A stretch of 64,000 bases of DNA from an uncultured Candidatus Saccharibacteria bacterium (GCA_964585065.1 CAZPCB010000001.1:80034-144033); one strand, 5' to 3'. Shown: positions 8,746 to 16,893, counted from the stretch's first letter. Numbers and translations: made by a program. The notes: generated by a model from the sequence alone, not told the origin.

Positions 8746-8831
8746 CCCCCCTTTTAGAACGGTATAATTCTCTGTAGCGAGGAGCATTTGCTCGAAAATA
8801 GTTTCGTGACCAGCCGCTTAACCAGGCTTTG
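8746..8831. repeat. 85-bp direct repeat, copy B.
   Basis: 'ccccccttttagaacggtataattctctgtagcgaggagcatttgctcgaaaatagtttc...caggctttg'. Confidence 0.5.
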
Positions 8832-8886
8832 AGTGAATTTAATTGGACTTTACTTTTTGACATAAGGAATTTTTAGTCATATACTA

Positions 8887-8915
8887 TTGACAAAATTAAG
8901 AAAATGTGCTACTAT
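8887..8915 (+). promoter_or_regulatory. Sigma70-type consensus promoter.
   Basis: -35 TTGACA (8887-8892), 17-nt spacer, -10 TACTAT (8910-8915), followed by the ATG at 8942. Confidence 0.5.
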
Positions 8916-8941
8916 TTTTCCTGAAACTGATCTTGCTATCC

Positions 8942-9178
8942 ATGGCATTTCAATCCTCAACGATTGTAAAGCGTCACGTACCAGTAACTCACCCCACCCC
9001 TCTCGAAGCGGAAGCCGAGTACATCGCAGCCAATCAAGAAAGGTGTGAGGTCGCTGATGACCTCGATGCAGAGCAAGAAGTACCGGAGCCGATTGATGAT
9101 AGACCTGAAGATTGGGCTGCCTTTGAAAGAGATATCGAGCAAGCCCAATACGACCTTGAAGGATTATTCCTTGAGTGA
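8942..9178 (+). CDS. Small, highly acidic hypothetical protein (78 aa) on a GC-rich, probably horizontally acquired segment.
   Basis: 'MAFQSSTIVKRHV...EAEAEYIAANQERCEVADDLDAEQEVPEPIDDRPEDWAAFERDIEQAQYDLEGLFLE'. Local GC is far above the roughly 30% background. Flanked by a consensus promoter and a strong terminator. Confidence 0.45.
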   Translation: MAFQSSTIVKRHVPVTHPTPLEAEAEYIAANQERCEVADDLDAEQEVPEPIDDRPEDWAAFERDIEQAQYDLEGLFLE

Positions 9179-9199
9179 CACCATCGCCCATAACCTCCA

Positions 9200-9231
9200 T
9201 CCCCCGACACCTTGCCGGGGGATTTTTTTTA
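9200..9231 (+). terminator. Strong rho-independent terminator.
   Basis: 'cccccgacaccttgccggggg' followed by 8 T. Confidence 0.6.
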
Positions 9232-9471
9232 TTACTTAAACAATTTTGAAAACCAGCCGAATAAACTTGGGACTTTGCCCTTGCTCAGTTCTCTGGTATG
9301 TTTGAAAATAGGTTTATTATACCCTATATTATATTTGATTTTTCGCTTAACTCGAGAAGGGCTGAGAGATTGAATTGCAGAAATTCCCGTAGCCTTCTTT
9401 ATCCTACGCTTCAGCTTTGTCACTCCGAGCAATGTTTTGAGAGATGGTTTGCGATAGCGGAAGAGTTTCAT
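9232..9471 (-). CDS. Hypothetical small basic protein (79 aa).
   Basis: Lys/Arg-rich ORF, last gene of the minus-strand operon downstream of the 335-aa gene. Confidence 0.3.
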   Translation of the reverse strand: MKLFRYRKPSLKTLLGVTKLKRRIKKATGISAIQSLSPSRVKRKIKYNIGYNKPIFKHTRELSKGKVPSLFGWFSKLFK

Positions 9472-9488
9472 AGGTGATTGTGTGATTA

Positions 9489-9764
9489 TTATACCATTTT
9501 AATAGTTAAAATATCATCTATCATTTTCTTTGGAATACTAGATGGGATTTCACTTTTAGACTCTTTTATCCTTAAAAAAAGATCATAGATTACTGATTCT
9601 ACTATAGAAACTAGAATAATTGTAATTGGCTTACACAGTCTTCTCTGATCACTTGAAGACGAAGAATTAAATGCATCATATAATACAGCAAGTACTTCAA
9701 GATTATAAATAATATTATCACCATGTGAGAAATTCCATATAAATCCTGACTTCACGGTAAACAT
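9489..9764 (-). CDS. Hypothetical protein (91 aa).
   Basis: ORF in an operon arrangement 8 bp after the 335-aa gene. No recognisable motif. Confidence 0.3.
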   Translation of the reverse strand: MFTVKSGFIWNFSHGDNIIYNLEVLAVLYDAFNSSSSSDQRRLCKPITIILVSIVESVIYDLFLRIKESKSEIPSSIPKKMIDDILTIKMV

Positions 9765-9771
9765 ATCCTAA

Positions 9772-10779
9772 TTATTTAGATATCAAATCAACAAACCTCC
9801 TCACTTTCCCTTTTTCCCAGTCCATAATTTTGGCATATTTCCCCTTATGTTTAAGTGGTCGATTATATTTACATCCTTCACATTCATATTTTTCTATTTT
9901 CTCAGGAGTATATCCATCAATTCTATTTTCTGAGGGTATTATAGTGCTTTCATTATGGTTACAACTCATTGGGATTACATATCTCAAGCCATCCATTTGA
10001 AAAATATTCCAGCTAATTATAATAGCAAATTTTTCTTGTAACTCATTATTTGGTTTTTTCTTGAATTTATCTTCATAATAATCGATAAATGAGTATAAAA
10101 GATTTTCTCTTGCAAGCAAAATATTATCTCCCTGCCATTCATAGCCATAACTTGCTTTAAAAGCTTCTTCTGCCCAATGCAACCAATCTTTTTCATCTTC
10201 GGTATATTTGGATACCACTTGTAATTTAATATCTAAAAAACCTACTCGATTCTTAATCGGTATCAAGTGTCCTTCTTGAGCTGTAGGGTCATATCTACTC
10301 ACAATATACGGAGCCTCTCCACAAGTAATTTCTAGCTTTAATTCTTTGATATATTTTTGCCAATTATGCTTAGTTATGGAATAAATATCCACTGATTTAT
10401 TCATTTGCTTCACTACTGTAAGTGGAGTAAAGACTTCAGCTTTATCTTTGGTACGATATAATTGTTCTTCTTTACTTTTAGAGGCACGAGGTTGAATCAG
10501 GAGATTACCTTTTCCAGTTATTAACTCTGGCTTTATAGGTTTTGTCACACCAAATTTCTTTTTATCAAATTTTTGACTTTCATAAGCATCTGTAGCCCAG
10601 ATAATTCTGCTTTTTGTTATATGGCCTTTTTCAGAATTACTAAGCTTTTCTGTTCGCTGTTTTCTCAGAAGGTTGATAATTTTTTCACTGGGATAATGGA
10701 GTAATAATATATCCAAAATAATCCTCTTGTCTCGAAGAGTATTTTCTAAGATATCAATATTTTTTTGTGCCCCATTCAT
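9772..10779 (-). CDS. Hypothetical 335-aa partner of the helicase-methyltransferase fusion. Carries a degenerate methyltransferase N-terminal motif but no NPPY.
   Basis: Start is 17 nt after the stop of the 1433-aa ORF. 'AEVFTPLTVVKQMNKSV...LEITCGEAPYIV' resembles gamma-class MTase motifs X and I, and echoes 'QIFTPKHVVKMMVNSL' in the big protein. No catalytic (D/N)PP(Y/F). Confidence 0.45.
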   Translation of the reverse strand: MNGAQKNIDILENTLRDKRIILDILLLHYPSEKIINLLRKQRTEKLSNSEKGHITKSRIIWATDAYESQKFDKKKFGVTKPIKPELITGKGNLLIQPRASKSKEEQLYRTKDKAEVFTPLTVVKQMNKSVDIYSITKHNWQKYIKELKLEITCGEAPYIVSRYDPTAQEGHLIPIKNRVGFLDIKLQVVSKYTEDEKDWLHWAEEAFKASYGYEWQGDNILLARENLLYSFIDYYEDKFKKKPNNELQEKFAIIISWNIFQMDGLRYVIPMSCNHNESTIIPSENRIDGYTPEKIEKYECEGCKYNRPLKHKGKYAKIMDWEKGKVRRFVDLISK

Positions 10780-10796
10780 AAGTTTAATATCACTTA

Positions 10797-13700
10797 CTAT
10801 AGGTGGTTTTCAATAAAATCAATTTCTTTTTGGTCTAGGCCATATTTTTTGTATAGCTGCTGATCAATTTCAGGAATAGACTTTGACCAATCTATATCTG
10901 ATTGAGAAGTAAAATCTTGATCTAATATTACATATCCAAAAGAAGATCTTCTATTAGGTTCTTGTAATAATAAAAAAGCAAAAAAATTAGTTTGTGAGTA
11001 TTTGACAAAATTTTCACAATCTTCATCATCATCTGACATAAATAATGAAAGTTTACTCCTTCCAAATGCCGAACCACTAGGAAGTATCTCTATAAGTTCT
11101 TTAGCTCTCAACTTAACATTCTCAATCGTCGGCTTACCCGAAACAAAAGTTTTCTTCGGGTAAGCCGACGTAACAACAACTTTATACTGATCTATATACT
11201 GTTGCCCCTTATTAATTACATTTCTATCTGCCCAAAAAAGCTTAGCTCTTCCTGAAGATCCTGATTTATCGTTAGTGAGTAACTGAATTGCATTATCCCA
11301 ATCTGATTTTTTAAAAGATACTTTTGTAGGGTTCTTCTCTACAAAGTCAGATTCAATTCCAAATACACCTTTTTTAATCCTACTGTTTAATTTTGTACCT
11401 GTTGTTAATTTTTTCCAACTTGAAAAGAAATAAGGATTAGGAGTGAGAGACTGCCAATTTTTTACTTCCACTTCTGCTACATCGTCTGTATATATACGAT
11501 TAGAATACCGATATTTTTCGTGATATTTTGTCATATCACGAAGCACAATAGAAACACCTGCTGATAAGTTAACACTATTCCCAAATATTGGAACAGGGTC
11601 TCTATCCGTTCTATACCAAGCTCTTTTATCAGAGGTACCTTCGTATGCATTTATTAATACCGTATGCCCATCGCTTAATATTTTTTTACCTATCCCTCCC
11701 AGTCTTTCAGGTGCATCAAACCAGCCTCCAAAAGGATAAATAAGACATATATTTTGTGAAATGTTATCAGCCTGTTCCTGGAAATAATAGTATATCCAAT
11801 TTGAATTACCTTGTGTCTGTGTTTGAGATTTACCTACAGTTTCCTGATACGGGGGATTTCCTACTATTGCTGTGAATTTCATATGTTTATCTAGATTAAA
11901 TTGTTCATAGAGTTTGTCTTGGAGAGAAAGACCTTCATCATCTTTCGCATAAGGGATAAGATCTAATTGAGCAAAGTTTTTGGTACTGATGATATGAGCA
12001 TCATCAAAACCAAAGATAAGTGAATTAGTTATAGCGTGCAATACACCAGTTGGGGCAAGTCCATATACCTGATTTTCTAAAATATGTTTTACACAGTCTA
12101 TATCACTACCATATTGACTCCGTGTATTAGTAAAGAGTTTTTTTACAATTTCTGTAATATATAATCCTGACTTCATATACAAATCAATGAAAGTTGTATC
12201 TGTTCGCTTGAATATATCTGGATTATGTTCTTCTAGACTATTTACCATCATTTTAACTACATGTTTAGGAGTAAAAATCTGGTTAGTAGCTTGTGGGGGG
12301 ATAAACTCAAAAATATCTTGTGTACGGTCTTGTAGATAATAATCTGAAAGTTCTGAACGTTTATGCAAAAACTCTTGTACTGATGCATTGAACACATTTT
12401 CATTAAATAGCCCTTCAAAACGACGGCTTTCAATTTGACTAGTTTCTTCATTTTTTGTTTCATATTCAAAGCCATCTCGGAGCTGTCTAAACTCCTCTTT
12501 AGTTATGCTGGTAAGTTCCTGAAATACTTCTTCTGGGATATTCTCGTCAAAGTTATGTAATGTTGTTTTAGAGTCACCATAAGCCATCAAAAAACTGGGT
12601 ATTGTTCTGGAGAATCCTCTGAGACGGTCTCTTGTTTTCTCTTCTTCTGTTTTATCTTTAGGGGCGGGCTTTTCATCTGGTTTTTCTGGCTGATGATAAT
12701 CTGGATCTCCTGGTTGCGGAACTGGATCCGGTATTTTTGCTACAACTTTGGGAAGTTTTTTCTCTAATTCTTTTATAATGACATTGGCCGCATCAGAAGG
12801 TATATTTTTATTACGGAGTTCAGTTGCTACATTGCTTTTAATTGTAGAGACTTCTTTTTCCTCTTCGCTCCCAATTTCTATATATTGCTTATCACCTAAT
12901 AAACCATTAGTAGTGTTAATTATAATATCTTCATTTATATGAATATTATTTTCTTTATCAACCCATATTCGTGGTTTATTTGAGACTTTATTTTTAGTAC
13001 TATCACCTTGTTTACCTCCTTCGTCAGGTGTCATTTTATTAATGATATCCATCACACTTTGAGGAGCTCCAAAAATACCACTAATACTTTCAAATAAGCG
13101 ATTGCTCATAAATCCTCGATTGACTACTTCCTCTGTAATAAGTTTCAAAGGAAGAGTTAATACCTGATTGGCATCGAGTTGTTGCATTCTCCCTTCATCA
13201 TCCTCTGCATACACAAATAATAAATTAATGAGTTCTTGAACTTTAGCTTCTCGTGTGATATTTGTTTTAGCTCCACTTCTATCCGCCATTTCTGCCAAAG
13301 TTTGCAGTATACGATCTGGGGCAAAGTCAAAAACATAACAGTTTTCTTTTGTGTATACTTCTCCTCCGCTCGTTGCAACTTCAAATGGGTTCTGGGCACG
13401 AAAAGCAGTCTGCATATATAATGAAGGGCTCTTACCCCCTTGTAACATCAGCACAGCTGTCCATGAAGGAACAGTAACACCTGTTGTTAACTGACCACAA
13501 GATAACGTAATGGTTTTAGTTTCTAGTGGATGCTTCTCATTATTATGTCCATTTATTGCTGCCCGCACTTCTGCCAGAGCAGAGTTAGTGAGTCTATCTT
13601 CATCACCTTCGCCTGCTGCTAAAATAATAGTATAATCTTGAAAGAAAGGGTGTTCTTGGAGTAATTGCTTCATCAACTTACTTTGAGGTACACCAGGGAG

Positions 13701-15098
13701 TAACCAGAAAGTATGTCGAAGCGATTCGAGAGAGTCTCTATTTGAAAATGGGTATTGATAATTTGGATTAGCTAAATTATCTAAGAAAAGCCTCACTTTA
13801 TCTTCATATACAAATGTATCTTTTCCATTAACTTTGATAACCCTAAAGAATTCTCCTAACTCAAACGCATATTCACTGCCTTCATTTTTTGCTTCTTCTG
13901 CTTTAATTTGCAATGCTCGAGATAATTGATAGGTAAAGATATTGAGCTTTGGTAATGGAGCATATGGATTATTACCATCCTCTATATTCCACTCTGCTTT
14001 AGCATTCTGCTCATCTGTATATGACCAGTTATATATTTGTTTACTATTAAATTTATTACTTGCAAGAGCTTTGAAGGGTGTGCCCGATAAATGGAGTGCG
14101 AAATCATAATTAACAGCCTCTAGAACGCTAAATGAGTGTCTTGTATCTACTCCTTCATGAGACTCATCAATAATTAACACATCCCATTTTATTCCATCTC
14201 CATCTTCTGATTTAAATATCCACTGATTTTTTCTTTTATATGCACTCGCATCCTCTTTTTTGCCTTTTATATCTTGAAGAGATATAAAGTGTACATAATT
14301 TGAATAAATTCCACCCTGACTAAGTTGTTCTTCACGAGTAAGAATACTATCTGAACCAGGAATATCTCTTAGATTTTTTCGAACACTTTCACTAGCAGTA
14401 AATATCCATCTATGTTTATTATCATTTTGACCCGTGTACTTAAAATCAAATTTTTGAAAATCGGTATACCAGCTATCTGCTATAGCTGGTCTATTAGTAA
14501 TAATCAGAACTTTTTTTGCTTGAATATGTTGAGCAAATGAATAGGCCGTAAGAGTTTTCCCAAAACGTGGTTTAGCATTCCATAAAAACTCTGGCTGAAC
14601 ATTGCTATCTACCAATGTATTCTCATAATAAGCAGTGGTTACTTCAACTGCCTGTTGCTGTTCAGTACGTAGTGTAAAGTCAGTAATAATACCCTCTAGA
14701 TTAATTTTGGCGTTTAATTTATAGTTCTCAATGGTTTCAATGATAATGTCTAGATCTGTCTTAAACCATTCTGCCTTTCGATTGGTTAGAGGGTTGATAG
14801 TTTCTTCTCGTTCAATTCCTAATTTTTCTAGTTCTCGATGAATATCATGGTCAGAAAATATTTTCTTGTCGTTTGTGACTGCATTAGTAGTATATAAAAC
14901 TTCATAAGCTACATTACTTGCCTCATGCTGATCAATAATTCTTAGATTATGTCCTTCTCCTATAATATTTAATTTCTTTGTTTGTCCAACCTTTAACCAA
15001 CCCTCATGTGATACGACGTCCAAATGCTTATATACATATATAACTTTTTCTTCAAAAGCTGAGATATTAATATTATCTAAATTATCTGTGGCATTCAT
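10797..15098 (-). CDS. 1433-aa single-polypeptide fusion: N-terminal T5orf172 (GIY-YIG-like) domain, SF2 helicase (DExH), gamma-class N6-adenine DNA methyltransferase, and a C-terminal putative target-recognition region. Resembles Type ISP restriction-modification enzymes.
   Basis: T5orf172: 'VIYVYKHLDVVSHEGWLKVGQTKK...KAEWFKTDLDIIIETIENY'. Helicase: 'KPRFGKTLTAYSFAQ' (Walker A), 'VLIIDESHEG' (motif II), 'LSGTPF' (III), 'QLTTGVTVPSWTAVLMLQ' (V), 'MQTAFRAQNP' (VI). MTase: 'QIFTPKHVVKMMVNSL' (motif X), 'FIDLYMKSGLYI' (degenerate motif I), 'AIVGNPPYQ' (motif IV). Confidence 0.7.
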   Translation of the reverse strand: MNATDNLDNINISAFEEKVIYVYKHLDVVSHEGWLKVGQTKKLNIIGEGHNLRIIDQHEASNVAYEVLYTTNAVTNDKKIFSDHDIHRELEKLGIEREETINPLTNRKAEWFKTDLDIIIETIENYKLNAKINLEGIITDFTLRTEQQQAVEVTTAYYENTLVDSNVQPEFLWNAKPRFGKTLTAYSFAQHIQAKKVLIITNRPAIADSWYTDFQKFDFKYTGQNDNKHRWIFTASESVRKNLRDIPGSDSILTREEQLSQGGIYSNYVHFISLQDIKGKKEDASAYKRKNQWIFKSEDGDGIKWDVLIIDESHEGVDTRHSFSVLEAVNYDFALHLSGTPFKALASNKFNSKQIYNWSYTDEQNAKAEWNIEDGNNPYAPLPKLNIFTYQLSRALQIKAEEAKNEGSEYAFELGEFFRVIKVNGKDTFVYEDKVRLFLDNLANPNYQYPFSNRDSLESLRHTFWLLPGVPQSKLMKQLLQEHPFFQDYTIILAAGEGDEDRLTNSALAEVRAAINGHNNEKHPLETKTITLSCGQLTTGVTVPSWTAVLMLQGGKSPSLYMQTAFRAQNPFEVATSGGEVYTKENCYVFDFAPDRILQTLAEMADRSGAKTNITREAKVQELINLLFVYAEDDEGRMQQLDANQVLTLPLKLITEEVVNRGFMSNRLFESISGIFGAPQSVMDIINKMTPDEGGKQGDSTKNKVSNKPRIWVDKENNIHINEDIIINTTNGLLGDKQYIEIGSEEEKEVSTIKSNVATELRNKNIPSDAANVIIKELEKKLPKVVAKIPDPVPQPGDPDYHQPEKPDEKPAPKDKTEEEKTRDRLRGFSRTIPSFLMAYGDSKTTLHNFDENIPEEVFQELTSITKEEFRQLRDGFEYETKNEETSQIESRRFEGLFNENVFNASVQEFLHKRSELSDYYLQDRTQDIFEFIPPQATNQIFTPKHVVKMMVNSLEEHNPDIFKRTDTTFIDLYMKSGLYITEIVKKLFTNTRSQYGSDIDCVKHILENQVYGLAPTGVLHAITNSLIFGFDDAHIISTKNFAQLDLIPYAKDDEGLSLQDKLYEQFNLDKHMKFTAIVGNPPYQETVGKSQTQTQGNSNWIYYYFQEQADNISQNICLIYPFGGWFDAPERLGGIGKKILSDGHTVLINAYEGTSDKRAWYRTDRDPVPIFGNSVNLSAGVSIVLRDMTKYHEKYRYSNRIYTDDVAEVEVKNWQSLTPNPYFFSSWKKLTTGTKLNSRIKKGVFGIESDFVEKNPTKVSFKKSDWDNAIQLLTNDKSGSSGRAKLFWADRNVINKGQQYIDQYKVVVTSAYPKKTFVSGKPTIENVKLRAKELIEILPSGSAFGRSKLSLFMSDDDEDCENFVKYSQTNFFAFLLLQEPNRRSSFGYVILDQDFTSQSDIDWSKSIPEIDQQLYKKYGLDQKEIDFIENHL

Positions 15099-15319
15099 AT
15101 TAAAATTATATTTAAATATATATCTAGAGCTAGGTTTAACTATTTACTCCTATTATACCACATTTTTCCCTTTTTGGGTAGTGATTATCTCATAAAAAAT
15201 ATATACTATACAGAATTATCTATGTAATGTGTAGTGATTATTGTATATCCAGTAAATCTTTTAACTTTTTACCTTTATATTGCCAATAGGCTGCTCCTTG
15301 ATAGGCTCCACTTTTATTG

Positions 15320-15520
15320 CTATTGCCTTTTTGTTGATATATTTTGAGGGTTAATGGGGATAGTTTGAAAACTTGCAAAGAATCTCTTTAATCCTGAGAC
15401 ATTGTAGTATCCATTTGATTCTAGATTTCTCATCCTTTCTTGATAATTTTGACTGCCTGTTTGTCCTATTTTTATTAGTCCATCGACTACTGTTGTCATT
15501 ATATAGACTATTCCTTTCAT
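15320..15520 (-). CDS. Mini T5orf172 (GIY-YIG-like) ORF of 66 aa, possibly a fragment or decoy copy of the N-terminal domain of the adjacent fusion protein.
   Basis: 'IVYIMTTVVDGLIKIGQTGSQNYQERMRNLESNGY' matches the T5orf172 core (hydrophobic-Y-hydrophobic ... KIGxT ... R). It is shorter than the roughly 90-aa domain and lacks the EWF end. Confidence 0.4.
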   Translation of the reverse strand: MKGIVYIMTTVVDGLIKIGQTGSQNYQERMRNLESNGYYNVSGLKRFFASFQTIPINPQNISTKRQ

Positions 15521-15589
15521 AGATTATGTGAATTTAATGATTATTTGTATTGTAGCATGTTTGAATTTGAATTGGGAGATCTTGAGTAA

Positions 15590-15617
15590 TGAAAAAGCCC
15601 TCCTGAAACAGGGGGCT
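15590..15617 (-). terminator. Rho-independent terminator on the minus strand.
   Basis: Minus strand 'gcccccuguuucaggagggcuuuuuc'. Confidence 0.5.
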
Positions 15618-15943
15618 TGAGTAATGGGTGGTAAAAAATCAGACGCGGACTGCCGAGTGGCGGATACCGGGTGACTCCTCATCCATCTCTTGACACATAC
15701 GCTTGGCATCTTCATCAGAGGGAATGAGGATCGGAGATGATCCACGACCTGTCACTCCTGTGAAAAGTGACTGCCAATGAATGACATACTGAAACATGTC
15801 TAGTAACAAAGAAAGTGAACTTTACATATTATATATACCACATTTTTGCCATTTTGTCAATAGTTAATGACTACTAAATCAACATCTTATTCCACCCTGT
15901 CAGGTAAAAACCTGCCACCTCGCCCCGCCCGAGGGAGAGAGGG

Positions 15944-15976
15944 GAATTTAAAAAGCCACCTTTTGAGGGGTGGCTT
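15944..15976 (-). terminator. Rho-independent terminator on the minus strand, immediately after the 137-aa gene.
   Basis: Minus strand 'agccaccccucaaaagguggcuuuuuaaauu'. Confidence 0.5.
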
Positions 15977-15984
15977 GGGGCAGG

Positions 15985-16398
15985 CTATATCAGAACATTC
16001 ATAATATCTGATTGAGCTCTGTCTAATAAAATTTTATAAACTTTTTCAATCTTATCGGGTAGATGAGACATCCTCTTTACATTATTACGACTGAATGCTG
16101 TAATGTCAAATAAATCACTATCCTTTTCTTGCTTATAATTATCGTATAACTCATTCAGAGTTATGATGATATCATCTACATCCTCATTGATATCTTCATT
16201 TTCAATATACTTTCTCAAATTTACTATTAATGTTATATATTGTAATAATTCGTCTAATCCATTTAGAATAATTCTGAAGAAATCGTTTTTCTCAAAAGAT
16301 TCTGATCTTATAGAGGGATGAGGAATTATTAATTGAGAGAATTCCTCTCGAAGAGTAATAATGCTTTGAACCTGAGTTGAAGAGATTAAAGAGCTCAT
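15985..16398 (-). CDS. Hypothetical protein (137 aa).
   Basis: ORF followed by a terminator. No recognisable family. Confidence 0.4.
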   Translation of the reverse strand: MSSLISSTQVQSIITLREEFSQLIIPHPSIRSESFEKNDFFRIILNGLDELLQYITLIVNLRKYIENEDINEDVDDIIITLNELYDNYKQEKDSDLFDITAFSRNNVKRMSHLPDKIEKVYKILLDRAQSDIMNVLI

Positions 16399-16608
16399 TG
16401 TCTGAAAAGTAGAAGCTTATTGTTTATATCATATTTTTAGTAATTTATCAATATATATTGACCACTATTAAGATAATTCCATCACACCCTTATCTCCCTC
16501 AACGAGGGGTGTATGGTAAAGAAAAAAATGAATTCTCATCATGTTATAATTATTTGATATTATTAATAAAATTATATATACTTATAGTGTTTATCCACAA
16601 ATCATCCC

Positions 16609-16893
16609 ATGGATCCAAAAATTGCAAACACACACCAGTCTGCTGTGTGTTTGATAAGGGTAACTATTATTTGTGTTAGAGAAAATAAAAAAACAATAAG
16701 TAAAGCTCAGTTGATAGATCTTTTAGCGGAGCACCCAGAGTCAGAAGAATATTTAGATTACACACAAAATATTCTTCTAGTAGATTGTAGAGACAATGAT
16801 ATCCTCACAATAGATGTACAAACTAATAATGTGAGATTTCCAATAAAAAGAGATATGTTTGGAAATATCCTAGAGTATCATTATATAAAATAA
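16609..16893 (+). CDS. Hypothetical protein (94 aa).
   Basis: ORF followed by the terminator at 16912-16948. Confidence 0.35.
   Translation: MDPKIANTHQSAVCLIRVTIICVRENKKTISKAQLIDLLAEHPESEEYLDYTQNILLVDCRDNDILTIDVQTNNVRFPIKRDMFGNILEYHYIK

Noticed and set aside
8877-9200. Minus-strand ORFs 8877-9200 (107 aa) and 8957-9148 opposite the acidic ORF.
   Set aside because: The plus-strand ORF has a consensus promoter and a strong terminator. The minus-strand frames are by-products of GC-rich sequence.
12257-13421. Four small ORFs (12257-12475, 12748-12942, 13157-13399, 13236-13421) nested in the 1433-aa gene.
   Set aside because: Nested or antisense within a long ORF that has coherent domain motifs throughout. 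AT-rich frames give spurious ORFs.
15524-15745. 73-aa minus-strand ORF in the GC-rich stretch.
   Set aside because: It reads through the terminator hairpin (15590-15617), and its composition reflects GC-rich structured DNA rather than protein. Treated as part of a candidate ncRNA region.
15590-15790. GC-rich stretch as tmRNA, RNase P RNA, SRP RNA or a tRNA.
   Set aside because: None of the hallmark conserved sequences (tmRNA tRNA-like ends, RNase P P4 strands, SRP domain IV GGAA motif) is present. Left as an unassigned structured region.
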